Assembly: GCA_965644295.1 (NCBI GenBank)
Contig: CBFFRP010000433.1
Span: forward strand, 248,001-312,000
Direction of reading: 5' to 3'
From: Paraphysomonas bandaiensis
Taxonomy: Eukaryota > Protista > Chrysophyceae
DNA: 64,000 bases
Shown: piece by piece, positions 50,115-62,112 of the stretch
Position numbering within the stretch: the first letter of the stretch is position 1
Layout: each line of letters begins with the position of its first letter
Notes under the pieces: generated by a model
What the model saw: the letters and a program-made list of their open reading frames with translations, nothing else
Told to the model about the DNA's origin: nothing
Database searches by the model: none
Program-made: the position numbers and the translations under genes

Positions 50115-51865
50115 TACTTGAGCACGAAATTTGCACTTATACGCACGATGTCTGGTGTCTCCACATACATAGCAGCCATCTGATTTTTTCTTCTCGTTGT
50201 GGTCTCTGCGGCTCTCAGATCGATTCCTAGCGCCACGACTCTTTCCCTGCCTTCTTAATTTTGCAATCTTAAGATCTCTCTTCTTCTTCCAGCACGATTT
50301 CTGTGAGTGACCCCGTTTGCCACATTTGGGATAGCTGCACACCTCATTTTCATCAGCAGTGGAATTCATGTTTACTTCGTCGGTGCCTTCTTTCGGGACA
50401 CCTTTTGCCTGATCGTATCTCCTGCATATGGTGATCACCTTGTAGGTAGAGATTGGTGTACAATTGCTCCAAATCGGTTCGTGTTTCGAGGGCAGTCTGT
50501 AACTTCGTTTTTTTAGCGATGTCAGTGGGTGGTTCCCCCAACTCGGACATTTTTTGACAGATGCCGTTTAGTCGATCGATTGCTGCGCACACGAGTTCCC
50601 CCGGTAGAATTTTGAATCCTGCAAACTTCTTATTCAATTCAACTAATTCATATTGGATTTCCCCTCGAAACCGAACAATTAACCTAGAGATGAGTTCACT
50701 CGCTAACTGCTCTTTATCAGGATGGTCCTGCGGGAGCATATCCTTTTCCCGGAAGTACTGATCCACGATCTCAAGGGCTTCAGCGACTGGTTGAACAGCT
50801 TCAAATATCGAACTGATGCACGTGTCTTTCCTCTCCAGCCACTTGTTCAGATCCTCCTTGTACTTATTTCGGACTGTCACTGGCGCATTATTTGCTGGTC
50901 TTACTGGACGGTCTTCTAGACCCAGATGGTTCCTGTTCTTTTCCTCATCAACCACGCTTTCAGATTCTTTGACCAATTCACTACACCGAACTGATCAAAT
51001 ATGGGAAGAAGTTTCCACTCCGAACTACCATCCGCTACCATGTTAGAAAGTGACATTTTTAGTAATAAGACCTTCGTTAACACTTATATAGAATATTATA
51101 TAATTATGAGAGTTACCATACTTCATTCATTGACATTCACCAACTCTTTTTATCTCTGCTACACCAACCATTTCTAGTACGATCTTACATCGTCACTATC
51201 TTGTACAGTCAGTATATTTCAGTTTCATCACTACAATAGCTATCATATTATTGGTTCTCATACTACAGCTAGCTACTACTGTATTCTTTGAGTGACGGAT
51301 ATAATTCTAATATCTTGGAAACTACAGCTTTTAATTGCTCACAAACAGCAAAACTCAACACAGGACTTAAAGCTATTGAGTATTGAAAAGTATAATGTCG
51401 AATTTGAAATGTATTTATGATTACTCTTTAATTGTACTAATTTGATATATTGAAAATTAAAATAAATATACCTTCAAATATCAAATATACCCTAATAATT
51501 ATTGCATTCCTGAGAGCTGATAGTTAAGTACATCAGTCAGGGTTAGAAGACAATATATTCCTCACTCTCTGTGTTTAGGTAGGTGCAAGCATATAAATCT
51601 CAACCTTGATGTCGTTGTTTCCGCAGCTACTTTTTGCTATTTGCCAATACTTTACAGCAAGCGAAACTTTTTACATACTAAAAATCGGTTCATAGCAATT
51701 CAGTAAAGGTAATACTACTTAATACTGATTACATATAATACATGTTATACATGACGCGCCGATCGGCGCATAAAACTTGAAATCAAAGGCAGTTTTCCTA
51801 ATTAACTTTCCTATAAGATATCTTTACAGCAATTCGAAAACGTGAAACATAAGGCCTGTACATAC

Positions 51866-54518
51866 TCACTTCCGTGAAGAAATAAAATATAAATAAGAGA
51901 TAAGAGCTTCACACGCCATTGCTCTCAGTACCACAAATTGTAATGTTCCTGCGCTGATTCGATTATTTCCTTCGTCACCGAGTAATGATTTAAGGTACAA
52001 GTCGCACTGAGTCACGCGGCTGTATACTGCCGCCTGCTCTTCCAGAGACAACTGCCATGACACATGGCTTAGGCCGGAAATCGTTATAATCGCGTTGATG
52101 TTCCTGCCTGGTCGAACTGAGTCCTCGGCTTGGTCCACGCCACCTATACTTTCTAGTGCACCAAGATGAATGCTTATATCCAAATCCTCGCCCACTAAGC
52201 CCTTTACAACACGCGCAGGAAGAGAAAAGGCAGTAGCACATTCAACCAGAGAGCATACAACGCTATCGAACCATGGTGGATTCCTTGCCCTCCTACCGAC
52301 TCCAGCACGACAGCTACCCACAGATGCTTTCTGGCAGTACTCATGCACAGCCAGTAACGTCTCTATATCCGAGCCAATGAAAGAACCTAAACAATCGCCA
52401 CCACAGTGTCCATATATTATCACACTCTCGACTGAGGTATCCTCACCGAGAGCAGAGCACAACGAAGATGTTCCACAAATTAGGGAGGGAGGCATTCTGT
52501 AACCATTCAAACCCAGATGGCCGCTACTCATACTGACCACTTCTACCTCTTCCGCTGTAATTACACTCACACTCTCTTCCAGAGTTGAACTAACAACAGG
52601 CAAAATGTCCAGTTCATAATCACCGTGGACACTGCACCATAACGCCAGCACAACCTCAAGCCCCTCCACTTGACAGACACTCACTCCACAGACCTCCACG
52701 CCAGGATTAGAGGAGAGTGCAAGCTCCTGTGCCTTTTTTAAGAGATCTAACTCTTCTTTGGAGCAGAGAGCAATCAGTAGACGCTCTACACTTTCTCCGC
52801 ATGTGAGGCGCAGTCGTACATCACACACAAGGGCCCCAAAACCCCGCTGAAGGTGTGGGGACTCAGTACTAGTTGTAAAGAGGCAGGCAGAATTCAACGA
52901 CCCTACTGCACTTGCAAGTGCTTTGAATGCAGTACATACAGGTGCAGGAGGAGCAGGAATCCACAACATCGACTCCCCGTCCACGTCCAATGGTCCTACA
53001 AGTTGTACTGTAGCATTTACAGAAAGTACCTTCGCTTCCAGATTCCCGTTACTAGCTGAAATTGCATCTTTCACCGCTGCAATTGTTGTCGCAGGCTCCG
53101 AATGCGTAGGAGAAGGAATGTGGGTAATTTCTGTACTGAGAGGCCTGGACAGAGAGGGTCGCCTTTTACTCCCACGCCACCGTCCCGTTGCCCGCAGCTT
53201 CCCGGTTATCATTTGCCAAAGAGAGCCCTTAGTTAGGGATCGCATCTCATTGTCAAACATTTCACCCGCCCGTTCTACAAGTGACAAACGGAGTACCCGA
53301 TGGACGACCCACTGAACCGCAAAAGCGTTCACCAAGACAGCTACAACAACCTCGTCTCTACTGTCCCGATTAACATCATCGCGAACGCTGCTTGCAGTGG
53401 ATAGCACCAGAGCGACCCAAGCCAGACGGTATGAAGCTGTCTCAAACACACGACTCGTAAAGAATATTAACGCCGATGCAGCTAAGGCAAGTGTTGCCTA
53501 CAAATTGTTAAATGACGTAGAAATGAACTGTAGATAAACGCTTACCCGGAGGCAGTTATTGCGTATCTCCCTGTCAAATCCAAGATATGAGTAGGAGGCA
53601 TACGTTACACAACAACCTCCACACACTATAAGAGATGAGAAGTACAAAGCGTGGAACAATAGCCAAGCACGGCGATAGTCTAGCTCCAACTCAGCTGGCT
53701 ACAAAACATGTATTACAACAAAGTATATCAGCACAACCCGATAGTACCCGCAACGAAGAAAAATAAAGACGGTACGATTCACGCACTCGATCGCGGTTCC
53801 GGCGAGTAAGAATGAAGGGGGTCAAGAGAAGTGTGCATGCGCTCAAGCAAGCAACTAGAATGAACACGTTGAGTCCCCGAGAGTATGCAAAATATGCAAT
53901 CCATGACGCCTTCAGATACGGACACAGCCAGGAAACAGACATGCCAAGTAGCAACACAGCCTGAAAAAACATTTTGCGTGCTGACACCTCACGGTCACGA
54001 GCACGAGTATATGCCGGACGAAAACGGAGAGATATACTTGCATTCGGTGCAGGCTCACGCCAGTCATTGGATCGTGCGCAGAGGTACACAGGCTCAGCAG
54101 CAACGTGCACCACGTCTCTTGCAATAGAACCCGAAGGAGAATTAAGATGCAGCCAATAAGAAGAATTATGAAATATTTGAGACGTTTCTCTTGGCAATTG
54201 TTTCATTCGTAATATCTCAACGCTTCCCTGTACCTCAACAGATACACTGCGGCTCCCCCATAAGCTATGACAGTGATACAGCGGATATATACGGTCCAGT
54301 CCACTCATACAATACATGCCCTCTAAGAATCGAGCGGGATGATAATCTTGATTTCCAAAACATGAAAGATGATCTCTATCGACTGTACCAGTGAATTGAT
54401 TCCCAGTTACTGGAGGGAGTAGTTTGACGGGATAGCTGACGATAACACTCATATCAGCTGATGCTACAGTGAGGAGGAATAGGAGGGTGAGGGGGATGAT
54501 GGTGTATGGATGGTTCAT
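51866..54518 (-). CDS. Hypothetical multi-pass membrane protein with signal peptide (topology reminiscent of NEMP/TMEM194)
   Basis: Signal peptide MNHPYTIIPLTLLFLLTVASA, an extracytoplasmic domain, about 5 TM segments over 3 exons and a long C-terminal domain. The family call is weak. Confidence 0.6.
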
Positions 54519-55038
54519 AGGGGTATATAAGGAGATGCTTGATTGGATAGTGTGGAGTGATATGGATGATATTGTATGATACCAGCAGACAGGAGGGAGA
54601 GGAGTGCACAGCTCTACCAGTACATACATACATCTACAGCGTTCTCTATACGTTAACATCTAGACATGATGTGCTATTCTTCTGACTTGTGTACATATAC
54701 AACCTGTACCTATATACATCCTATCTGTACCTATATACACATACTGCTGTATATACATGCATACCTACGTACAGCAGTACATACACACGCAGAAGAGTGC
54801 ATACGTCAGTATAACACACTTACAAAACTGAAACCTTTCATTTCTGTCCCTTGAAGATAGCATTCTAATATATTTGTTTCTTAAGAAGTGAGGGGTTTAT
54901 AGCCTCACATTCCATAATCTCCATAGTCATTACTGACGACAAGGATGACACGTGTAAGATTCCGTTTGATTGCTTCAAAGATCCTGTTCATATATATACA
55001 TAAACACCCTGAACTTATAGTCAATAGATAAATTTATC

Positions 55039-56584
55039 ATGATATCAAAAGCTATTTGTGCTCTTCTCTTATCTGCTGTTGTCAGTGCTGAGATTGTTAC
55101 TGAGAAAGGAGTTCTTGTCTTGAATGACGATAACTTTGATGCTGCTGTGGCGGTGTGTTACTTTACTTATAGTTGCATATATATATAATAGAGTTTTATT
55201 TATAACAGGCAAATGAATTTTTATTAGTTGAGTTTTATGCTCCTTGGTGTGGTCATTGTAAGAAGCTTGCTCCTGAGTGGGAGAAAGCTGCTGCTGCTCT
55301 TGTTGGTGAGGAGGCTAAGTTGGCTAAGGTTGACGCCACTGTTGCCACTGGACTGGCTGAGAGATTTGCCATTCGTGGTTTCCCCACTATCCACTTCTTC
55401 AAGAACGGAAAGCAGATTGAGTACGGTGGGGGCAGAGTGTCTAATGAGATTGTAAGCTGGGTGAAAAAGCAGAGCGGACCTGCTGCCAAAACCATTTCCA
55501 CTCCCGAGGAGCTTGTTGCTGCCCAGGAGACTGATGACGCTATCGTTGTGGGATACTTCTCTTCTCTGGACTCTGCTAGCGCTAAGGCATTCCTTTCCAT
55601 TGCTGGTGCCGATGACGTGCTGTCCTACTTCATCTCATCTTCCGATCAGATTAAGGAGAAACTCGCTGTCTCTGGTGACTCTGTTGTTATTCTCAAGCCT
55701 TTTGATGACAAGAGAGCCGATCTTTCCCTGGGTGACTCTTTCGATGGCGAGAGTGTGATGAAGTTCATCGTTGGAAACTCTGCTCCTCTTGTGCAGACCT
55801 TTTCTCAGGAGGCAGCCAAGAAGATCTTCTCTTCCCCTGTTCAGAAGCACTGCTTGTTTTTCACTGACAGTGCTGCCGACCACCATGCCCCTGTCGTGTC
55901 TTCCCTCACCAGCGTCGCTGAGGCTTTCAAGGGCCAGGTTCTTGTCGTCAATGTGCCTGCCACCGAGGACAGAGTTCTTGACTACTTCGGTATCACCAAG
56001 GATACTCTTCCCGCCCTTGTTGTCGTAGACATGAGTGGCGAGGGTCAGATGAAGAAGTACCCCTTCGATGGCGACCTTAAGTCTTCTGATTCAGTCTCCG
56101 CGCACGTGTCTGCTGTCCTCTCTGGATCTGTTAAGCCTACCCTTAAGTCCGAGGCCGTCTCCCCTGAGGATACCATATCCGACGTTGTTGTCCTTCGTGG
56201 CAGCTCCTTCAACGGTATGTATCGATCGTGTTCCCTTGTTGCACATCCTCATATTTACTTGCAGAGCTTGTCCTTGAGAACGAAAAGGATGTGCTTGTTG
56301 AATTCTATGCCCCCTGGTGTGGACACTGCAAGAAGCTTGCCCCCACTTACGATGAGCTTGGTGCTAAGTTCCGATCCAACGATAACATCGTGATCGCGAA
56401 GATGGATGCTACCGCAAACGAGGTGGACGTACCAGGCATGAATGTCAAGGGATTCCCCACTCTGTACTTTTTCCCCGGAAAGGATAAGACCCCAGTCAAG
56501 TACGATGGCGGCCGCGAGCTCGAGGACTTTGTGTCTTGGATCGAGGAGAATGCCTCAAACGATGCCAAGCACGATGAGCTCTAG
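55039..56584 (+). CDS. PDI: Protein disulfide isomerase (a-b-b'-a'), 3 exons
   Basis: Signal peptide, two [11 protein letters not shown] thioredoxin sites and a C-terminal HDEL. Confidence 0.97.
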
Positions 56585-56998
56585 AGTACTCAAGACACCG
56601 ACATCAGGTGGGATCGTCTTATTAGCTGTATAGTTTAGGGCATGTGAGAATGGCTTTACACGATTAGTTGCAATAGATTTCCCTCCTGTGGTTTCTGCTA
56701 CCGTAATCAATACATTTGGCTACGGCATTTTTAATGTCATTTTTGTCCCTTAAGTATAGTAGCAGATTTTGCGGGTAGTGTGTTAGAATATAAATACCTG
56801 CTACTATAAATATGTGTGTCGCTGATTTCATATTGGGAGCGATAGTAATGTCGTGTTGTTATCCTGTGGTTGATTGTCGAGTTAGTTCAAGAACGTTTAG
56901 TAAATTCATTAATTATTCTAGCTATATATATTTTGTCAACAGAGTTAGCACATACGTAACGTGGTGTAAGCAGTTATTATTAATCTGTATTTTGTAGC

Positions 56999-57106
56999 AG
57001 TGAATGTCTTGTTTTAGCTATAGGCGTTTAACGTTTAAGAGTCAGAACTAATTTAGCATTGCTATTTAACTGACTAGTGACTAGTGCTTAATATCCTACT
57101 ATTTAT
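56999..57106 (-). mobile_element. Short 3'-tail remnant of the same LINE/SINE family
   Basis: agtgaatgtcttgttttagctataggcgtt...aagagtcag...atcctactattta matches the tails at 27420-27482 (reverse complement), 36306-36335 and 39428-39562. Confidence 0.6.
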
Positions 57107-57375
57107 ACAATGCCAATCAAATAGTAGTATGGTGGAGTATGGAGAATTATATGAACGTAAAACGAATGTAAATCTTCATCGAAATAGTATGTATTACTGA
57201 TGCCATTATTGCATTAACAATTTGAGTAAAGAAGTTCAACTACTGTAATACTTCGAAATATTATACAAACAATATACTTCATTCGGTGATCGGTCAAAGT
57301 ACACCTCATCCGGTACCTATTAAACCTAGTATTACTCTAGATACAATCCAAAGTGGGATATCGTGGCAAACGGCA

Positions 57376-58188
57376 TTACAAGGCAGTAATGTACTGTTGT
57401 ATGAGCGGAGAGGGAAGGAAATCTCCCGCTTCAAGCCGATCGACTAAAAGAGCCACAATGTCTCTCCACTGGGATACAGATGGAACCTCTGGGTGGACCA
57501 AAACCAAATCAGAGAACTCTGAACAGGAATCGTTATCCATGAGGCACTCGTTATCCACCAAACACAGGATAACTAATGTAGCCGACACTTCACGCAAACG
57601 TGCGTAATCTCTAAACTTTCCGACACCATCATCCACGGCTACAATATTGTAGAAAAACGGACGTTCGTTGATCACTTCAGATGCCCTATCATGCGATACG
57701 TAATTCACGACAACCATAGTACCTTGTCTATCTTTGTTATCTAACCCCCACAAAAATGTGGACAAATTTTTCACTATACGAGACTTCATCGGCTTTTCAT
57801 CAGTTATAATAAGAAGTCGAACTTGAACTTGAAAGCACTGAACATTTTCATGACGATCTGAATCTTTTGGCAAACAAGGCTTACTTCCACCTTGAGTAAT
57901 CTCTGCCAATCGTTCCTACACATGAAGGATATATGTAAGAAACAAGTCATCTACAACAAAACAACAGGATACCTTCTTGAATTTATGAAACTCATTTGGC
58001 GACCACCACAGCTGAATACCAGCAGCAGCATACTCTTCTCTCTTAGGAATTAGTACCACTCTACATGCTTCTGAAAATTTTACACTATTTTGAATTTTAA
58101 CTGTGGATTGAGTAGAAGTGGATCGAAGAAAGTTATCAAATCCGAGAAATCGGACAGGACTGGGGTTCAGATAATACATGGCCATCAT
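57376..58188 (-). CDS. Hypothetical protein with a VKF...IP..EY...LWW motif and a possible degenerate receiver-like domain; intron 57916-57972
   Basis: Two ORFs join in frame (..FHKFKK|ERLAEITQ..). The C-terminal half alternates beta and alpha segments (RLLIITDE, YNIVAVDD, LVILCLVD). Confidence 0.7.
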
Positions 58189-59474
58189 CGTGTAACTGTA
58201 TATTACATCATCTAATAATAATACTATGGAATATTATATAAATGCAGCTATAATACAGCTATCATGTATCTCTATATGATATATGACTGAGCTAGATGGA
58301 CTATGGATACCTCGGAAAGTGGGGTCAATCAAAGGTTATTCTATCACACCTCATCGACTCCAGTCTATCCATATGTAATATCCTACAATGTATCTACATA
58401 ATTGTGTTATGTATAGGAAATGCTGTAGACTTCCCACATACGAATACATGGACGTATGATGGGAACTTCATTCATCAACTACATATTCAGTGGTGATGAT
58501 GATGACAGGATACACTTCCATGTTGCTACGTCATATCCTGTCATGTCATTGACGTGTCTTTCATAGTCTTATCACTTCAAAAAAACACGTCATCGGGTTA
58601 AATTAACGGCCGAACGACCGTATATTTTTCTGCACTATCTGTACATATATTGAAATACGTATATTGGTAAAGTACGGTATACCTCTATTGGGATATTGGG
58701 ACAAGATCTTTCTAAAGTTATTAGAAGTAAATGCAACGATAGTAGTAATATTTTCTTTGGGAAGCTAATATGGGTTGCATTAAGTAAGCCGGAAACTCAT
58801 AACCAAATGATTGCGTAGTGCAAGGAACATTTCCAGGCCGACTAAATAATCATATATCTGAGCAAGAGCGTTCGTTCAGAAAACACCGCAATGAATTCGC
58901 TTAAAGAACTGTAATTCCTGAAGTCGACAGATGTGGATACATAAAAACAACTACACACTCAGTAGAAATCTGCTCATTATACTAGTGTGCTATGTATCTA
59001 TGTATTAGCAGAAATAGTTATAATTGTGTATGTGTGATGTCGTCGTGCTGTTATGATAATATATGCAGAATTACGTATCTATCATCACAAACTTTTCATT
59101 GCACTTGTTTTATCCTTACTTCGAGAATTAAAGGATTATATACAATATATAAAGCAAGAACTTTGATTAGATTACTTTACTATACTACTAATTAAATGAA
59201 TGCTACAACACAACAATACGCGTACTAATTTCACCTTAGAATTATTACATTTAAGTAGCAGTGGAATCTAACTTCATATCCTATATAGTTCAATAGATTG
59301 CATATTACTGACCCTTTATGACGTAGTACTTGTAATAACTTACTACAAGTCTATAAATAGAAATTGTACAATTGTTATTACGAATACTTCAAAATTGAAG
59401 AGTTTTTCGAAAACACAAATAACCATATATATACATGCCAAACACGCATGCAAAATATCATCTACTTGCTTGGT

Positions 59475-60653
59475 CTATATCTCTGACTCGTCTTCTACAT
59501 CCCACCCTTCTATATCTATACTGGATATTCTATCGCTGGCCGGTAATACCTCCCAGTTGGGAGAAGGCGTGCTCCTGTGCCACTTAAAGTCTACCACGTT
59601 GCTCCAGTTCTTGGACAAGTGTAAGTTGGCTTCCTGCAACAAGAAATTGGATAGTAAACAGAATACAGAGACCTACATACCATAGAGTGCCCTTCCAGCC
59701 CAGCATAAGTGGCGGTATAAGGAGCGAACCGGAGCGTGGAACAGTCCTCTATGATGGGGTGAGAGTTTACAAAAACATAGAAATCAGACTGCTCCGTCTT
59801 ATGTATTCGCAACTGATGGCACCAAATAAAGAAGAGGCAAGAGGAACAGCTTTCAGTATAAACACTAGTGTGACATGGGCCTAGAAACACTCTACAGCCC
59901 CTCACATTCTCAAACCTAGCCGAGCCCAGTGACCCCTTCCTAGATATAGGACGTAATAATTACAAAAGGAATATTGACAACACTATATACTCACAGTGAT
60001 ACAACGCAATTAGTACAATTTCTGATGAGCAATTGCATCTGGGGTCTCTCCTCGGTACTCTTGTTACTTTCAGAGAGTGTATCCTGCAAAGCGAACAGCA
60101 TTTTGTCGTCGATATGTTCGCCTTCACGGCCTTCCACGATGACTGAACCCGGGATATCCACCCTAACTTCCTCCTTTACACAGCTAGGTGAATGGTCAGG
60201 AGCATTGGGTACTTTAGTTTCTTCTGGTTTGCTGTACAAAATGTGACATGACTTCATCACTGTCGCATATGGCCTCACCTATCCACTTTCTTCGCTTTAG
60301 ATCTAGCAGAAAAACTAAATTTCTTTCGAGGTTGAATCTTCTCTTCTACTTGAGCACAGAGTTTCCGTACCGATTCAATTTCCTGCACGCACATCAGCAC
60401 ATCAGTCGCTCCATAGTACATAACTGTTAACCTCTTGACTCCGACGCACGTCGTACTTTGGCAAGCAAACAGTTGCACTGGTTGCATATTTCTGAAGATC
60501 GGCTATCTTTGCTTTGAGGCCTGTAATCACAGGAGCTGATACGTCAGGTGAATTCAATGAACTCTGTATATCAGACAGCATCTGGTTAAAAGTTACCCAG
60601 TACTCTGCTGCTGACTCTGGTGGCTCGCTATCCGTGTTATCTATCTCGCACAT
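59475..60653 (-). CDS. TBCC: Tubulin-specific chaperone C, multi-exon
   Basis: LPKYDVRRSQE, PRKKFSF, CHQLRIH, SHPIIEDC..LRFAPY and NWSNVVDFKWHR..PSPNW. Confidence 0.93.
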
Positions 60654-60744
60654 GACGTATACACTGTCTTTAGAACTCAATCTCTAGGCGAATAGATAAA
60701 ATTCTATGTAACTATATGTAAATATTTGAAACTGATTGGCATAT

Positions 60745-61173
60745 ATGTATGTGTGTGTATGTATGTATGTATGTATGTATGTATGTATGTATGTATGTAT
60801 GCATGTATGTATGTATGTATGTATGTATGTATGTATGTATGTATGTATGTATGTATGTATGTATGTATGTATGTATGTATGTATGTATGTATGTATGTAT
60901 GTATGTATGTATGTATGTATGTATGTATGTATGTATGTATGTATGTATGTATGTATGTATGTATGTATGTATGTATGTATGTATGTATGTATGTATGTAT
61001 GTATGTATGTATGAATGTATGTATGTATGTATGTATGTATGTATCTATGTATGTATGTATGTGTGTGTATGTATGTATGTATGTATGTATGTATGTATGT
61101 ATGTGTGTGTATGTATGTATGTATGTATGTATGTATGTATGTATGTATGTACGTATGTATGTATGTATGTATG

Positions 61174-61203
<30 letters not shown>
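60745..61203. repeat. (TATG)n microsatellite, about 460 bp, slightly imperfect
   Basis: Tetranucleotide run about 90 bp upstream of the TBCC start codon. Confidence 0.98.
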
Positions 61204-61204
<1 letters not shown>

Positions 61205-62112
61205 GTACGTATTATCTGCTGTATTTAGGGTGGGTATGTGGGTATGTGGAATGTTGGATTGATAAATTCTTGGCTTCGGATGGGAAAGTGGAATGTCTAT
61301 TCAGCGTTGGATTAATTGATGCTAGGAGCATGCCGTTATTCGCAGGCTATATTCATTGGACAGGTCCAATGACACTCCAATGGTGAGTATATTGTATCTA
61401 AACGATTTTCATACATTAATATGTTGATGGTTGAGTCTGTTGTCATTAACAACCATTTCAAGTGAGTTATTATGAGCGCGACCGGATTTATGACATCAGT
61501 TAAGTACTGGCCACTTCAACAAACGGTGCACTTTCCTTGGACAAAGAATTCGAGGCGAAGAATTAAACTTAGGTTGATGGAAGTGTCGCTAGTTCTAGTC
61601 TTACTGTGGGGCATCAATAGAAAATGATGCTGTGAGCTTGATATGAGTCGTGCTTTACATTGTGAAATTTGTATAGTTGTTTTTAAATATTATTCTTTAT
61701 CAATATTGTTTTTAGTGGTAATATATGGACACGATCAGCACACATTCGAGACTAACACAAAGTAGCAGTCATTTGGAACGGCACCACTTTTGTTCCTAAA
61801 CGGCGGATCAGTACTATAGTATTGCCCAAATATGAGCATTAATAAATGTAAAATCGTAATTACTAAAAAACAGTGATTCTTTGCAGAAAGTACAGCAATC
61901 CTTAAACAAAGAAGAATCCACTTCATATCTCGTAGTCTACTTAATGTTAATGCATTATCGAAAACAGCTACTACTACAAATGAAGTGTATGCATCATTTC
62001 ACACTACACATAACTAATTAGAAGAATATTTAGCAAGAGCGGAACGAGAAAAATCCACAAATTGGCATATTTGGCCAACGTAACTACCACATCGTTAAAA
62101 ACAATGGATTTT

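Larger units (their letters stand above)
47093..51360 (-). mobile_element. Defective Ty1/copia LTR retrotransposon (internally deleted, frameshifted, with nested insertions)
   Basis: 320-bp TG..CA LTRs: 51041-51360, and 47093-48086 interrupted at 47160-47830. TSD CAGGA (47088-47092, 51361-51365), PBS TGGTAGCGG, PPT GAGAGGGAG. Gag, PR (LDSCAS), partial INT, RT tail and RNase H remain. Confidence 0.95.

Noticed and set aside
51756-51769. GC-rich palindrome GCGCCGATCGGCGC as a Helitron 3' hairpin
   Set aside because: No CTRR terminus at the expected distance and no 5' end or other copy.
54944-54956. TGACACGTG upstream of PDI as a UPR element
   Set aside because: A single short motif that cannot be told from chance without other ER chaperone promoters.
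61220-61640. Possible small plus-strand gene divergent from TBCC
   Set aside because: Frames are interrupted by stops and no coherent exon chain was found.
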